Part shown: piece by piece, positions 1 to 13,240 of the stretch | Layout of the letters: every line of letters begins with the position of its first letter | Numbering within the stretch: position 1 is the first letter of the stretch | Source of the DNA: Octopus vulgaris | Lineage: Eukaryota | Assembly (NCBI GenBank): GCA_951406725.2 | Contig: OX597824.1 | Location: 72,974,001 to 73,038,000, forward strand | Reading direction: 5' to 3' | DNA: 64,000 nt | Notes under the pieces: generated by a model | The model's input: only the letters and a program-made list of their open reading frames with translations | Told to the model about the DNA's origin: nothing | Databases searched by the model: none | Program-made: the position numbers and the translations under genes

Positions 1-14
1 AATTGTGATTAAAA

Positions 15-710
15 AAAATATTTAGCTGCTATTCGTCGCAAGTCGAGTGACCATGTAGAGGTACCCTCTGGTGATGGGTTGGCAGAATCGGTAGAACGAT
101 GAACGAAATGCATTACGAGGTTTTAGGTTCAAACCCCACCGAGGTCGCCCTTAATTTTTTATCTTTCATTGATCAATGTATTAAGTACCAGTCATGTACT
201 GGTGTCGATATTTAATCGATCACACACGCACATACACATACAGCTCTTAAAATCTATGGCATCGTGATTATGTTACGCATCAATAATATTTTTGTTGCAA
301 TGATTATTGTTTAGCCCAAGGTTAGCTTGAGATCAAACAGTCTCATGAAAAAAGAAGTTCCAGCCGAGACCATCCCGCACTACTCTTCAATATAGTGTGT
401 CTAGAACTACGCGATCCAATGCCTCATCCCTTCACCAAGACAGTAGAACATGATCTGAGGGGTACTTGGATGCTATTTTTAATAGATTGAATGATCCCGT
501 CGAAGCAGAGGCTCTCTCACTGACCCAATATTGCTGTTGTTAACCCAAGGTCACCTCTGTTTGGGGAGCTCTATTATCAAATTAATTCTGGGCAGGACCT
601 CTATTTAAGCCTACATTATTCTATCTATCTTTATATTAAGACAGTGAGGCGTGATTTGGGCGAGGGATTTGGTTACTATTTCTAGCATTTTGAGCGACGA
701 CGTAGGATGA
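15..710 (+). repeat. Old degraded interspersed repeat, 2-3 adjacent copies, plus a degraded family-B SINE (75-215)
   Basis: Motifs like TTAACCC(C/A)AGGT(C/T)A..., CCAGCC..GACCATCCCG and GATTTGG(C/T)TGCTATTTCTAGC recur at ~310-530 and ~540-710, and again at ~4830-4870(-), 6225-6345, 48100-48300(-) and 55240-55690. Confidence 0.55.
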
Positions 711-932
711 AATAGTACAGGAGGGGAATACATGACTATTTAATATGTGTAATTTGATCCTAGATATAAAGAATTTTATGGTGGATGAAGCGAGTTTATT
801 GATCCAAATCAATCAACACAAATTTAAAGAGCAACCATTGACCTCAGCAGAACATTGAACTGGAATGGATATAAAATTGAACTGTGTGACTGTCCGTCTG
901 TCCATCCGTCCGCCCGTCCGTCCGTCCGTCTG

Positions 933-1020
<88 letters not shown>

Positions 1021-1349
1021 CTTGCGTGTCAGTCTGTCTGTTTGTCTATGTATGCAAGCATGCTCGTATGAATGTGTGTACGTACGTGTATTTGAATACA
1101 TGTCTGTTTAAAGCCACACACCCTCATATATATGCGTACATACATGTATTTACATGCAATAAATACGTACGCGCACACACACACATACATATACCTACAT
1201 ATATGCATATAGAAATATATATATACATATATGCACACATACACATGCATACGTCTTTACACTATTATGCATCTTAATAATAAAGATATTGTTGACGATG
1301 CTACTGTATGCAAGGAAACACATATATATAAATACATGCAATACATAGA

Positions 1350-1481
1350 ATGTTTGCTTCTAAACCACATGGTTCCTGATTCGTTTCCACTGCGTGGCAC
1401 CTTGGGCAAGTGTCTTCTACTGTAGCCTTGGGCCGACCAAAACCTTGTGAGTGCAACTGATAGACGGAAACTGCAAGAAGT

Positions 1482-1560
<79 letters not shown>

Positions 1561-1792
1561 AATCTATGTATATGTGTATGTGTGTGTCTCTGTGTTTGTT
1601 GCCCGCCACTGCGTGAAAATGGTGTTGGCGTGTTCACGACCCCCGCAACTTAGCGGTTCGGCAAAAGGGAACTGATAGAATAAGTACTAGGCTTAAAATA
1701 ATAAGTATTGCGATCGATCTATTCGATAATAATATTAAAATATATAAATGTAAAGAAAAAAACCCCCCAAAAAACTTCAAGGCAGTGCCCCA
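1350..1792 (+). mobile_element. tRNA-derived SINE family A, degraded copy
   Basis: Matches the body (AACCACATGGTTCC...CTTGGGCAAGTGTCTTCTAC) and 3' part (TTAGCGGTTCGGCAAAA) of intact copies at 7647 and 43948. Confidence 0.8.
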
Positions 1793-1815
1793 AAAGATAT
1801 ATTTGAATGCATGCA

Positions 1816-1855
<40 letters not shown>

Positions 1856-1918
1856 CACACATATATATATATATACATATACATATATATACACATATAC
1901 ACACACACACACATACAC

Positions 1919-1951
<33 letters not shown>

Positions 1952-2185
1952 CACACATACATACACGCGCATACATACATATGCACATATATACACATGC
2001 ACACATATACACGCATACACATACATATGTACATATACATATGCACACATACACACACATATATATATATGCACATATATACATATATGTGCATATATAC
2101 ATATGCATATATACACATATCTGTATATAGTCTTAGGAGAGAAGGTAATTGGGGGTGATATATATATATATATATATATATATGA

Positions 2186-2234
<49 letters not shown>

Positions 2235-2235
2235 A

Positions 2236-2266
<31 letters not shown>

Positions 2267-2615
2267 ATACATTTATTTGCAAATATGCATCTTAATAACA
2301 AGGGTAATATTGATGTTGCTGTTGCTGGTGTTGTAGGTTATGAAGATGATTATTAGCGACTGTGTGTCAACGACGGCGATGTCAGCGTCGATGTCCTATA
2401 ATGACGACGGCAATGCTTGACGGTCATCGATGAATCTTGTACGAATTTCAAAACAATAACAAGCGATAACAGCTACCACAACAAGAACAGCAACAACAGC
2501 GTTAGCATTAACAACGACAACAATAGCAATCAATGCATAGTACACAGACAAGTAATGCTCTCAGAAAAAAACAGAAAAAAAAACAACAAAAAAATATATA
2601 GAAATACTGACTCAC

Positions 2616-2661
2616 CTTGCGACATAAGCATGTAGAATGCAAACAGGCTGATCACCTTCAT
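2616..2661 (-). CDS. Putative first coding exon of a secreted or membrane protein (signal-peptide exon MKVISLFAFYMLMSQ/G); gene continues leftward beyond the window
   Basis: Minus strand reads GCCAGA-ATG AAG GTG ATC AGC CTG TTT GCA TTC TAC ATG CTT ATG TCG CAA G|GTGAGT: A at -3, Lys then a hydrophobic run, 46 nt (phase 1), consensus donor AAG|GTGAGT, in non-repetitive sequence. Confidence 0.65.
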
Positions 2662-2792
2662 TCTGGCAGAATTATATATAATATAATATATTTGTAAATA
2701 ATATACAGATGATGTATATATTCGTATATATAGTTGAATATAATATTACACAGGAAGAGGAGCAAGCACAATCTTCTCTTCCTTTCTCACTT

Positions 2793-2830
<38 letters not shown>

Positions 2831-3137
2831 TTTATATATATATGTAAATAATATATTTATATGTATATATGTAGATATACCTATGTATCTATTGTATGCT
2901 CACAGTTCACTTTATCGTCCATAGATGTTCCTGGCCACAGTATACCTGATTAGTTGAGCACCTCTCTCTGTCTCACTCTTAGTACCTACCTATCTACCTG
3001 CCTAACTACCTATCTTCTTCTTCTTCTTCTTCTTCTTCTTCTTCTTCTTCTTCTTCTTCTTCTTCTCCTCCTCCTCCTCCTCCTCCTTCTTCTTCTTCTT
3101 CTTCTTCTTCTTCTCCTTCTTCTTCTACCACCCTTTG

Positions 3138-3209
<72 letters not shown>

Positions 3210-3321
3210 TCTCGTTACCTCTTTCTCTGTATTTCTCTTTCCCCTTTCTTGCTGTCTTCTCTTGTTGGTCTCTCTCTCTCTCTCTCTCTCGCTTTCTATA
3301 TATTACCCTAGCTTTCTTTAA

Positions 3322-3367
<46 letters not shown>

Positions 3368-3384
3368 CACTCTCTTTCCTTCGG

Positions 3385-3560
3385 ATTCCTTTCCAAATCA
3401 CCCTTGTATTTTGGCGGCTTGCGATGGAAGTGCACAGCTGCACAGCCGACAGACAAGGAGGCAGCGCTTCTTCCTTCCCTGCTGCATTCGGAGCCAGCTA
3501 AGCTACCAATGAAGGAGCAGCAAGCAGGCTGAGGAGAGCGAAGCAAAAAGAAGCAGAGTA
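3385..3560. promoter_or_regulatory. Candidate promoter / 5' UTR region of the minus-strand gene
   Basis: GC-richer unique island between CT and GA tracts, ~0.8 kb upstream of the ATG, with CCAAT at ~3506 and CpG-rich GCC repeats at 3890-3950; positional inference only. Confidence 0.35.
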
Positions 3561-3891
3561 AAGGAAGGAAAGAAAGGAAGAACGAAAGGAGCAAAGAAAG
3601 AGACGGAGGAGGAGGAGGAGGCGGGAATAGGAGGCACAGTAAGAGTAAGAAAGAAACGTGTAAAACAAAAAACGGAAAAGAAAACAAAAAAAATCGAAGA
3701 AAGCTGTGAGAGAACTGAAAGAGAAGCATCAATAGTAAGAACCTCGTTTACAACGGCCACACTTCTATTAGAGAAAAACACCACTACTACACTTCTACAA
3801 ATATTATCGCCGTTATCACCACCACCACCACCACCACCACAATCACCGTCACTGACAGTGCACCACCATCACTATCACCACCACCACACCT

Positions 3892-3925
<34 letters not shown>

Positions 3926-4569
3926 CGCCGCCGCCGCCACCACCGCCGTCATCGCTACAAATTCTGCTATGACTGTCTCACCCACCACCGCCGCCCACCA
4001 CAACGCAACGCAACGCAACCTCGAACAATCATATACCAGTACACACACACACACACTTACACATACACACACACACACACGCAAAACACGCGCACGCAAA
4101 ACACGCGCACGCACACGCACACATATACGCACACACACATATTTTTTAAATGGCGGTGCCCCAGCATGGCCACAGCTCGTGAGCTGAAACTAGAATCAAT
4201 CAATCATATATATACACATACACGCATATATGCACCAATATACACATATATGTACACACATACACACATAACGCACCGATATGGACACAGTTACACGCAT
4301 ATAACCACATATATGTATATACGCACCTATACATATATATATATATATATAGATATATATATATACTCATGCGCACATTATACACGCATAGTAATAATTT
4401 GTGTTCATTCTTCGTGTGTATATATGTGTGTGTGTGTGTGCACGTTACGCGTACGCGTGTGCATGCGCGCGTGGGAAATCGCTGTGTGGTGCGGGCGGGC
4501 GCGTTCACATACAGATTGTGCACGTGCAACACACAACTGATATCACCAGGAATTAAATACGCACACACA

Positions 4570-4618
<49 letters not shown>

Positions 4619-4928
4619 ATACACACAGCATAGCAATTGAACATACATACACATAACGCAATCGCAATTGCGCAGACGAACATGCGTACACGCACACACA
4701 CACATACACAACTATATGTATACAGATGCACGCACGCAAACATGCACACACGCACTCACATACGCACACACTCACACTCACACCCACACTCACGCACACT
4801 GCATAACAACATTACGACTTGAGGAATCCCCCTATTGGCCGTTCCAGATGCTAGAAATAGCAGCCACCACCTCCCAAATCACACGCTACCGTCTTTAATA
4901 AGCAAACGCTGGATTATGTGGGCTTGCA

Positions 4929-4929
<1 letters not shown>

Positions 4930-4995
<66 letters not shown>

Positions 4996-5101
4996 CATGT
5001 GCCTGGTGTACCCTTATCAGACGGGTAGTCATGATGGGTATATTGGGCTTCGTATATTTTACCCCAGTGTCACTTTGATGGCATGCACTGCTCTCTCACT
5101 C

Positions 5102-5145
<44 letters not shown>
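4930..5145 (+). mobile_element. ~105-bp unique segment embedded in (TAA)n, probably the 3' end of a 5'-truncated non-LTR retroelement
   Basis: Non-repetitive 4995-5101 segment directly flanked on both sides by (TAA)n. Confidence 0.4.
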
Positions 5146-5269
5146 AACAAGGCGGAATCATCAAGGTGTTGTTATTGTTTTTGTTGGCGGTGGTGGTGGT
5201 GGTGTTGATAAATTAGGATTTGATTATAGGACTGCATAATCAGAGCTGATGTAGAGTTTAAATGCAGCC

Positions 5270-5286
5270 CAGGCAACAGCAACAGC

Positions 5287-5331
<45 letters not shown>

Positions 5332-5442
5332 AGTAATAACCCCTGTTATACCACTACCACCGCCGCTACCACCACCACCAAAAGCAACCATCACTATTAT
5401 TGAATCACAGCCCAAACAACCATCAACCTATCACGGCCACAC

Positions 5443-5485
<43 letters not shown>

Positions 5486-6396
5486 GCCATCATCATTATC
5501 ATCATTCCTCAGCCACTTAAACAAATACCACCGCCACCACCATCCTCATCACGGCCATCACCATCATCATCGTCATCACCACTACTACTACTATCAACTA
5601 CCACCACAACCACTTAACGATCCAACACCACTGCCACCACCACCACCACCACCACCGTCTCTACGAGTTTGCTGTGGTTGTTGTCAAGGACAGCTGATAA
5701 TCAATATTTGACGAATCAAAATGCGGCGATAGTGATGACGGTGGCGGAGGCGGAGGCGGTGGTGGGGAGGCGGCGGCGGCGGCGGAGGAGGAGGTGGTGA
5801 CGGTGGTATTGGTGGTGGTGATGATGAACGGCATGTCGGTGGTGTTTAAGTGATTGTGGAAGCAGCGGAGGTGGTGGAGGTGGTGGTGGTGGTAGTAGTA
5901 ATGGTTGTGTTGGTGAGGCTCATGATGATGATGATGATGATGATGATGATGGTAGTGGTAGTAGTGGTGGTGGTGACGGTATTGGCGATGATTATGATGA
6001 TGGTGGTGGTAGTGGTTAAGTGGTTGTGGTGATGGAAGTTGATAAGGATTGTGTTGTTGGTGGTGGTGGTCGTTTTTTAGTGGTAATGGTGCTGGTGTTG
6101 CTGATGATGATGATGATGATGTCAGTGTCTGGATTGGAACAGTGGTGGAGTTGGTCGTGGTGTCGTTGTTGATTAATCGCAAGCGTCGTCTAGCCCCCCC
6201 AAGTGGACCTTGATGGCGCAAGCAGACTTATGGTCAAAAAAGCGTTCCGGCCATGACGACCATCCCGGCGGCGCGGGATCCGAGGCAGATTAGGGTGTTG
6301 TTTACTTACTTGAATGTCGAGCGACCTAGTCGAGGTTTCGAATCGAAGCATGCTAAGAGTTGTAGCTGCTGTTGATGATGACGATGATGATGATGA

Positions 6397-6478
<82 letters not shown>

Positions 6479-6505
6479 AATGATGATAATGATGATGATG
6501 ATGAT

Positions 6506-6542
<37 letters not shown>

Positions 6543-6580
6543 CGATGACGATGATAATGACGATGATAATGATGATGATA

Positions 6581-6611
<31 letters not shown>

Positions 6612-7041
6612 CGATAACGATGATGATGATGATGATGATTGAAATATCTAATGAACAGAATGGCGGTGGTGATAGTGGTGATGAGAACGAGAATGTAATG
6701 AGAGTTGGCAGCGGTAATGGTGATGATAAAGATGATGACTATGATGCTGGTTGTGACGATGATGTTGGATGATGATGATGATGTTGATGACGATGACGAC
6801 GATGATGATGATGATGATGACGGCAGCAATGGTGCTGTTGTGTTGTTGTGTTGTTGCTGTTGTTGTTGTTGTTGCTGTTGTTGTTGTTAATGATGGCGGT
6901 AGTGGTGATGAGTAATAGAGTTAAAGTGGAGGGAGTGTGTTGTGAGATAAACATGATATCTGTGATGGATAATTACTGCCGAGGTTGTAGTGGTTGTGGT
7001 GATGGTGTCGGTGCCGGAGGTGGCGGTGGTGATACCTAGTG

Positions 7042-7087
<46 letters not shown>

Positions 7088-7110
7088 GAGGAGGAGGAGG
7101 AGGAGGAAGA
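5270..7110. repeat. Compound trinucleotide microsatellite field (CAA, CAT, CAC, GGT, GAT/GAC, GTT, GTA)
   Basis: Directly visible; source of the poly-H/D/M/V ORFs. Confidence 0.95.
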
Positions 7111-7175
7111 GTAGATGTTGCGTTAAACGGAATTTATGTGATACCGTTATTGTTCCTGTTATTATGGTACAGAAA

Positions 7176-7211
<36 letters not shown>

Positions 7212-7224
7212 CATGCACACACAC

Positions 7225-7267
<43 letters not shown>

Positions 7268-7341
7268 ACACACACACACACACTCAAAGTTACATAAATA
7301 CATGCATACACACACATGTATGTATATATGTATATACATAC

Positions 7342-7398
<57 letters not shown>

Positions 7399-7646
7399 AA
7401 AAAACACACACGTATTTACAAGTGCGCATATAAAAGTATGTGTGTGTGTATATATATGTATATATATATATACGTACAAGCACACACGCACACGTGTATA
7501 TACTTAGTGACGTACCGTACACATACATATTACATATTTTTTGACTAATTATCTTTATATGAACTGCAGATATGTATTATTTATACTCCTATATCTCTTT
7601 TTCTATTCATCTACATGTATGTATGTATGTATGTAGCACACACAGA

Positions 7647-8065
7647 GGTGCAGGAGTGGCTGTGTGGTAAGTAGCTTGCCTACCAACCACATGGTTCTGG
7701 GTTCAGTCCCACTGCGTGGCATCTTGGGCAAGTGTCTTCTGCTATAGCCTCGGGCCGACCAATGCTTTGTGAGTGGATTTGGTAGACGGAAACTGAAAGA
7801 AGCCTGTCGTATATATGTATATGTATGTATGTATGTGTATGTATATGTTTGTGTGTCTGTGTTTGTCCCTCTAGCATTGCTTGACAACCGATGCTGGTGT
7901 GTTTACGTCCCCGTCACTTAGCGGTTCGGCAAAAGAGACCGATAGAATAAGTACTGGGCTTACAAAGAATAAGTCCCGGGGTCGATTCGCTCGACTAAAG
8001 GCGGTGCTCCAGCATGGCCGCAGTCAAATGACTGAAACAAGTAAAAGAGTAAAAGAGTAAAAGAG
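7647..8065 (+). mobile_element. tRNA-derived SINE family A, full length
   Basis: A box TGGCTGTGTGG, B box GGTTCAGTCCC, internal TA/TG microsatellite, (AGTAAAAG)n tail; more than 10 copies in the window. Confidence 0.92.
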
Positions 8066-8173
8066 TATATATATATATATTCCCTTCTTTCCTGAGCGTC
8101 CAATAATACTTTATTTGTTCCACGTCCTCGCGTTGATGTGTTTTTTGTTTTTTTTGTGTTTTCTTGTTTGGAT

Positions 8174-8221
<48 letters not shown>

Positions 8222-8361
8222 TGTATGTATATATATATATATGCATACATACAGGCATGCATACATACATACATACATACATACATACATACATACATAC
8301 ATACATAGATTCATACATACATATATGTGCGTATGCATGCATATATACATACATGCATGCA

Positions 8362-8434
<73 letters not shown>

Positions 8435-9120
8435 TTGATATATTGTTGCACAACAGTGTGAATCAAAAGGACTGAAATAAATTTTAACATTAGCGAGCCT
8501 AGCTGTGAGAGATATTTAAGAATGTAGATTCTTTTCTATTTTGTTGATGTGAGGAAGAAGAGCTGAGAGATCATCACAGTACGCTTTACAGTTTGTACAC
8601 CACTCCTCAGAAAAATTGCACCGGTTTACTTCCACAGTAAATAGTGCAGAATATTCCCTCGCGATATAAAGCGGCTATGAATTTTGTATGCATGTATGTA
8701 TGTATGTATGTATGTATGTATGTATGTATGTATGTATGTATGTATGTATGTATGTATGCATGTGTGTGTGTGTCTGTATGTATGTATGTATGTATGTGTG
8801 TATGTATGTATGTATGTATGTATGTATGTATGTATGTATGTATGTATGTATGTATGTATGTATGTGTGTGTATGTATGTATGTATGTATGTATGTGTTTG
8901 TGTATGTATGTATGTATGTATGTATGCATGCATGTATGTATGTATGTATGTATGTATGTATGTATGCATGCATGCATGTATGTATGTATGTATGTATGTA
9001 TGTATGTATGTATGCATGCATGTATGTATGTATGTATGTATGTATGCATGTATGCATGCATATATGTATCTATGCATGTATGTATGTATTCATGTATGTG
9101 TGTATGCATGTATGTGTGTA

Positions 9121-9303
9121 TGTCATTATTCAGTTTTATTTCGAAGTTTCTTGCCAATAGAGAAAGAGCCGGTTTCTAACTTAGATCCAAGGCTCTTTCA
9201 TTGGAATTTCGACATCAACAACAGGGTATTTATTGTATGTATATATGTACGTACGTACGTATGTATGTATGTATGTATGTATGTATGTATGTATGTATGT
9301 ATG

Positions 9304-9334
<31 letters not shown>

Positions 9335-9760
9335 GTATATGCACAGATTTGTACGTTTTCTTTTACGTGTCATCTCATGCAAATAGTTGCATATCTAGAC
9401 ATGCTCATATATACTTAAATGATAAACCTCTGGAAAGTTTTACAGATTTTAACAGTTCTAAGGATGGCTTGGCTCTGTAGTCTTTAAATCAGCTTTCTCT
9501 TTTCTGGTTTTGAGAAGCCTAATTTTTCAAGATTTGTACTTAGTGTGTTATCCCAGTGCTCCAATAATTACAGGTATAAACCTGAACTTGTAATCTGGAT
9601 AGAGTAACTTTAAATTTCTCAATTGTTCAGTGTAGTTATTTTCTTTTTCACAGACCTCCAGCTTTATGTTAACATCCGCTGGGCAGCTGATTTTCACGAC
9701 TGTACATAGTTTCTCTTCTCTAGCCAAAATCATTAAGTCCGGTCTATCATATTTACATTG
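9121..9760 (-). mobile_element. 3' fragment of an RLE-type (R4/Dong-like) non-LTR retrotransposon inside (CATA)n
   Basis: Minus strand encodes CKYDRPDLMILAREEKLCTVVKISCP...EKENNY...FIPVIIGALG (RPD and IIGALG motifs of the restriction-like endonuclease); the same 3' UTR recurs at 14750-14860. Confidence 0.8.
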
Positions 9761-9835
9761 TATGTATGTATGTATGTATGTATGTATGTATGTATGTATG
9801 TATGTATGTATGTATGTATGTATGTATGTATGCTG

Positions 9836-10150
9836 ACATGCAGTGTCTATGCAAGACCCTGCGTCAGTAAAGCTGCACTCAAGAGTCATCTTCGTAGTCA
9901 TAAAGCGGGACTGATGATTGACAACTAGGCCCCTGGTGGTGGTGTTACGCACCGTAGTAATCATATCTGTCAGACATGTGGAAGAGAGCGTAATTCGGCA
10001 GGAGGACTTAAACGACATGCAAAGGTACATGAAGCCCAGTTACAACTACAGTCGGCTATTGCTGGTAAAGGTTTTAGCTGCCAATTCTGCACAAGACATT
10101 GTAGATCTTTAGCTGGGCTAAAAAGTCACATTCGATCACAGCACCAATAA
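9836..10150 (+). pseudogene. Relic encoding three tandem C2H2 zinc fingers, probably an RTE-type LINE ORF2 C-terminus
   Basis: Translation: TCSVYARPCVSKAALKSHLRSH...*...ICQTCGRERNSAGGLKRHAKVH...FSCQFCTRHCRSLAGLKSHIRSQHQ*, with one in-frame TAG. Confidence 0.7.
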
Positions 10151-10821
10151 CAGTTCGCGCTACTGGAACTGTGTAGTCTTGCTGAACAGTTCGATGTGCG
10201 AACGGTATTCTCTTTCACACAAGCCGCGCTTGTAGACTATCCTGGTGCTGTTTGAATTGTACGGTTCTATCTCTTCAGTATAGGATGTCCCATAAGATCC
10301 AAACTTGGGCAGTGTGGTATGGAGCACAGGTTGTTACCCATACAGCGTGTACCGCCTCCATCTCCACATTACTGATGATTTCAAAAAAAAAAGCACGGCT
10401 GTTAAACTTTGGCACGCAAGTCGACACAGGAGTTACGAGAATGACGTTGTAGATATCGCCTCAGTGGCTCCGACTCTTGATTTTACCTCCCAAAATTTTA
10501 CCTCCCAAAATTTTACTCCCAAAATCTTTTCCATGGTTGGGTACGACCTCAAAGTAGCGGAGCTTTGGAATCAATCTTTACTTTCCCTATATGGGTTGCC
10601 CCATCAAGCTAACGAGCTCCACCAGCCTCACTAAGTTGCTAATTAATCCATAGCTGGGATCCGGGAAAAACAGTGGATAAAAGGTGATTCCGGACTCCTC
10701 AAACTTTGAAACCCTAAAACCAGAGACCCTCTACTGGATGCAGCTTAAAGCCATGCCTAGGACAAGTATGTACGTACGTATATATAACGCTGAGTGGCCA
10801 GTAGCAATTGTACGAACAAAA

Positions 10822-11147
10822 GTGAAGGCGCATGGCTTAGTGGTTAGGGCATTCGGCTGACGATTGTAAGGTCGTGAGTTCGATTCCCGGCGATGCGTTG
10901 TGTTCTTGAGCAAGACACTTTATTTCACGTTGCTCCAGTCCACTCAGCTGGCAAAAATGAGTTGTACCTGTATTTCAAGGGGCCAGCCTTGTCACACTCT
11001 GTGTCACGCTGAATATCTCCGAGAACTACGTTAAGGGTACACGTGTCTGTGGAGTGCTCAGCCACTTACACGTTAATTTCACGAGCAGGCTGTTCCGTTG
11101 ATCGGATCAACTGGAACCCTCGTCGTCGTACGCAACGGAGTGCTTCC
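10822..11147 (+). mobile_element. tRNA-derived SINE family D, tail shared with family C
   Basis: A box TGGCTTAGTGG, B box AGTTCGATTCC, TSD ATTGTACG(A/G)ACAAAA; 3' half matches the copies at 47689 and 57386. Confidence 0.88.
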
Positions 11148-11577
11148 ATTGTACGGACAAAATAGACAGATTCAGGGTACGTCCTATGCTGCCATGAAAC
11201 TTTAAGTCACGTGGAGGTTGAATCAAACTGTTATTGAAAACGTATGTAACTGCTAACAAATGTGTTCAGCAGAGAGAGAGAGGAAGAGAGAGGTAGGGAA
11301 GAAAGAACCTCAAACGATATTATTAGAAAAATCACTGAGGCGGGCAGTTCCTTTCATCTTTCCGATTTTGCTATCCTCTTTCTGCAGTCTACTTATATTC
11401 CGAACAAAACAATATCAAAAGCATCATCACCAATGCTCCTTATTTCTCTAAACGTTAAACTAATAATTTTTTCTTGAATCTATCCTGTCTTATCTTTTTT
11501 TAAACTATTCTCAGCGTTTGCGTGTGTATGTATATATACACTCACATACTTACCCACTATATATATATATATATATA

Positions 11578-12338
11578 CTAGCAGTATCGCCCGGCGTTGC
11601 TCGGGTTTGTAAGGGAAATAACTATATAAACATTTTTAGAGAGTTATAGCCAAAAATTAGCAAAAAAATGCATTAGAAATGGGGAAAAAATAATGGTAAA
11701 TTTTTTTTTAAATCGTTGAATCATCGTAGACATTTTTAGAGAGTTACTTCCCTTGTATAATAGCGAAAAATGCATTAAAATGGAAAAAAATGATGGTAAA
11801 TTTTTTTTTTAAAATCGTAGACTCATCGTAGACGCGCGCTAATACCCAGAAGGGCTCGATATGAATCACGACTATAAGATACCCGGTTTTGGTTAAACTG
11901 CACCGCAAAATGTGGGAGTAGTTAGGAATCTAAATCGTTGGAGAGCAGTATCGCCCAGCGTTGCTCGGGTTTGTAAGGGAAATAACTATAGAAGCATTTT
12001 TAGAGAGTTATAGCCAAAAAATAGCAACAAAATGCATTAAAAATGGGGAAAAAATAATGGTAAATTTTTTTTTAAATCGTTGAATCATCGTAGACATTTT
12101 TAGAGAGTTACTTCCCTTATATAATAGCGAAAAATGCATTAAAATGGAAAAAATGATGGTAATTTAAAAAAAAAAATTGTAGACTCATCGTAGACGCGCG
12201 CTAATACCCAGAAGGGCTCGATATGAATCACGACTATAAGATACCCGGTTTTGGTTAAACTGCACCGCAAAATGTGGGAGTAGTTAGGAATCTAAATCGT
12301 AGGAGACAGACACACAACTTGACTTTTATATATAAAGA
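11578..12338 (-). mobile_element. Non-autonomous Helitron, head-to-tail dimer
   Basis: Minus strand starts TC, ends with hairpin CCCGAGC-AAC-GCCGGG plus CTAG, sits at an A|T site; the unit repeats from 11945; monomers at 38488 and 44848. Confidence 0.88.
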
Positions 12339-12340
12339 TA

Positions 12341-13038
12341 TCTTTCTCTTTTACTTGTTTCAATCATTTGACTGCAGCCATGCTGGAGTACCACCTTTTA
12401 GTCGAGCAAATCGACCCCGGGACTTATTCTTTGTAAGCCCAGTACTTATTCTATCGGTCTCTTTTGCCGAACCGCTAAGTGACGGGGACGTAAACACACC
12501 AGCATCAGTTGTCAAGCAATGCTAGGGGGACAAACACAGACATGCAAAAATAAACACACACATACATACGACGGGCTTCTACCAAATCCACTCACAAGGC
12601 TTTGGTCGGCCCGAGGCTATAGCAGAAGACACTTGCCCAAGATGCCACGCAGTGGGACTGAACCCGGAACCACATGGATACAGGTTCAGTCCTACTGCGC
12701 GGCACCTTGGGCAAGTATCTTTTAGTATAGACTCGGGCTGACAAAAGCCTTGTGAGTGGATTTGTTAGACAGAAACTGAAAGAAGCCCGTCGTATATATG
12801 TATATATGTATGTATGTGTGTGTATATGTTTGTATGCCTGTCTTTGTCCCTCCAACATCGCTTGACAACCGACGGTGGTGTGTTTACATCCACATAACTT
12901 AGCGATTCGGCAAAAAAGACTGATAGAATAAGTACTAGGCTTCCAAAGAATAAGTCATGGGGTCAATTTGCTCGACTAAAGGTAATGCTCAAGCATGGCC
13001 ACAGTCAAATGACTGAAACAAGTAAAAGAATAAAAGAA
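12341..13038. mobile_element. Two family-A SINEs joined head-to-head (12341-~12675 minus; ~12670-13038 plus)
   Basis: Both copies lack the A-box region and meet at the AACCACATGG motif. Confidence 0.85.
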
Positions 13039-13110
<72 letters not shown>

Positions 13111-13142
13111 GTATATGAAAGAATGGAGTTGAACGACATAAG

Positions 13143-13240
13143 TTCCTTGATTTTCCTGAGGAGAAATCTGCATAATGTACTGCTTATTCCTTCGGAATTA
13201 GGAATATGCAGCCTTCGAAACATATGTCGAGAATAAAGGA
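13143..13240 (+). ncRNA. Type I hammerhead ribozyme, intact core, long stem II
   Basis: Stem I UUUUC/GAGAA (+UCCUU/AAGGA); CUGAGGA 13156-62; stem II GAA..CUGCAUA/UAUGCAG..UUC; GAAA 13217-20; palindromic stem III ACAUAUGU; GUC cleavage triplet ending at 13228. Confidence 0.8.

Noticed and set aside
7647-7720. tRNA-like sequences at SINE heads (also 10825, 51131, 57388)
   Set aside because: A/B boxes run straight into SINE bodies with tails and TSDs; not tRNA genes
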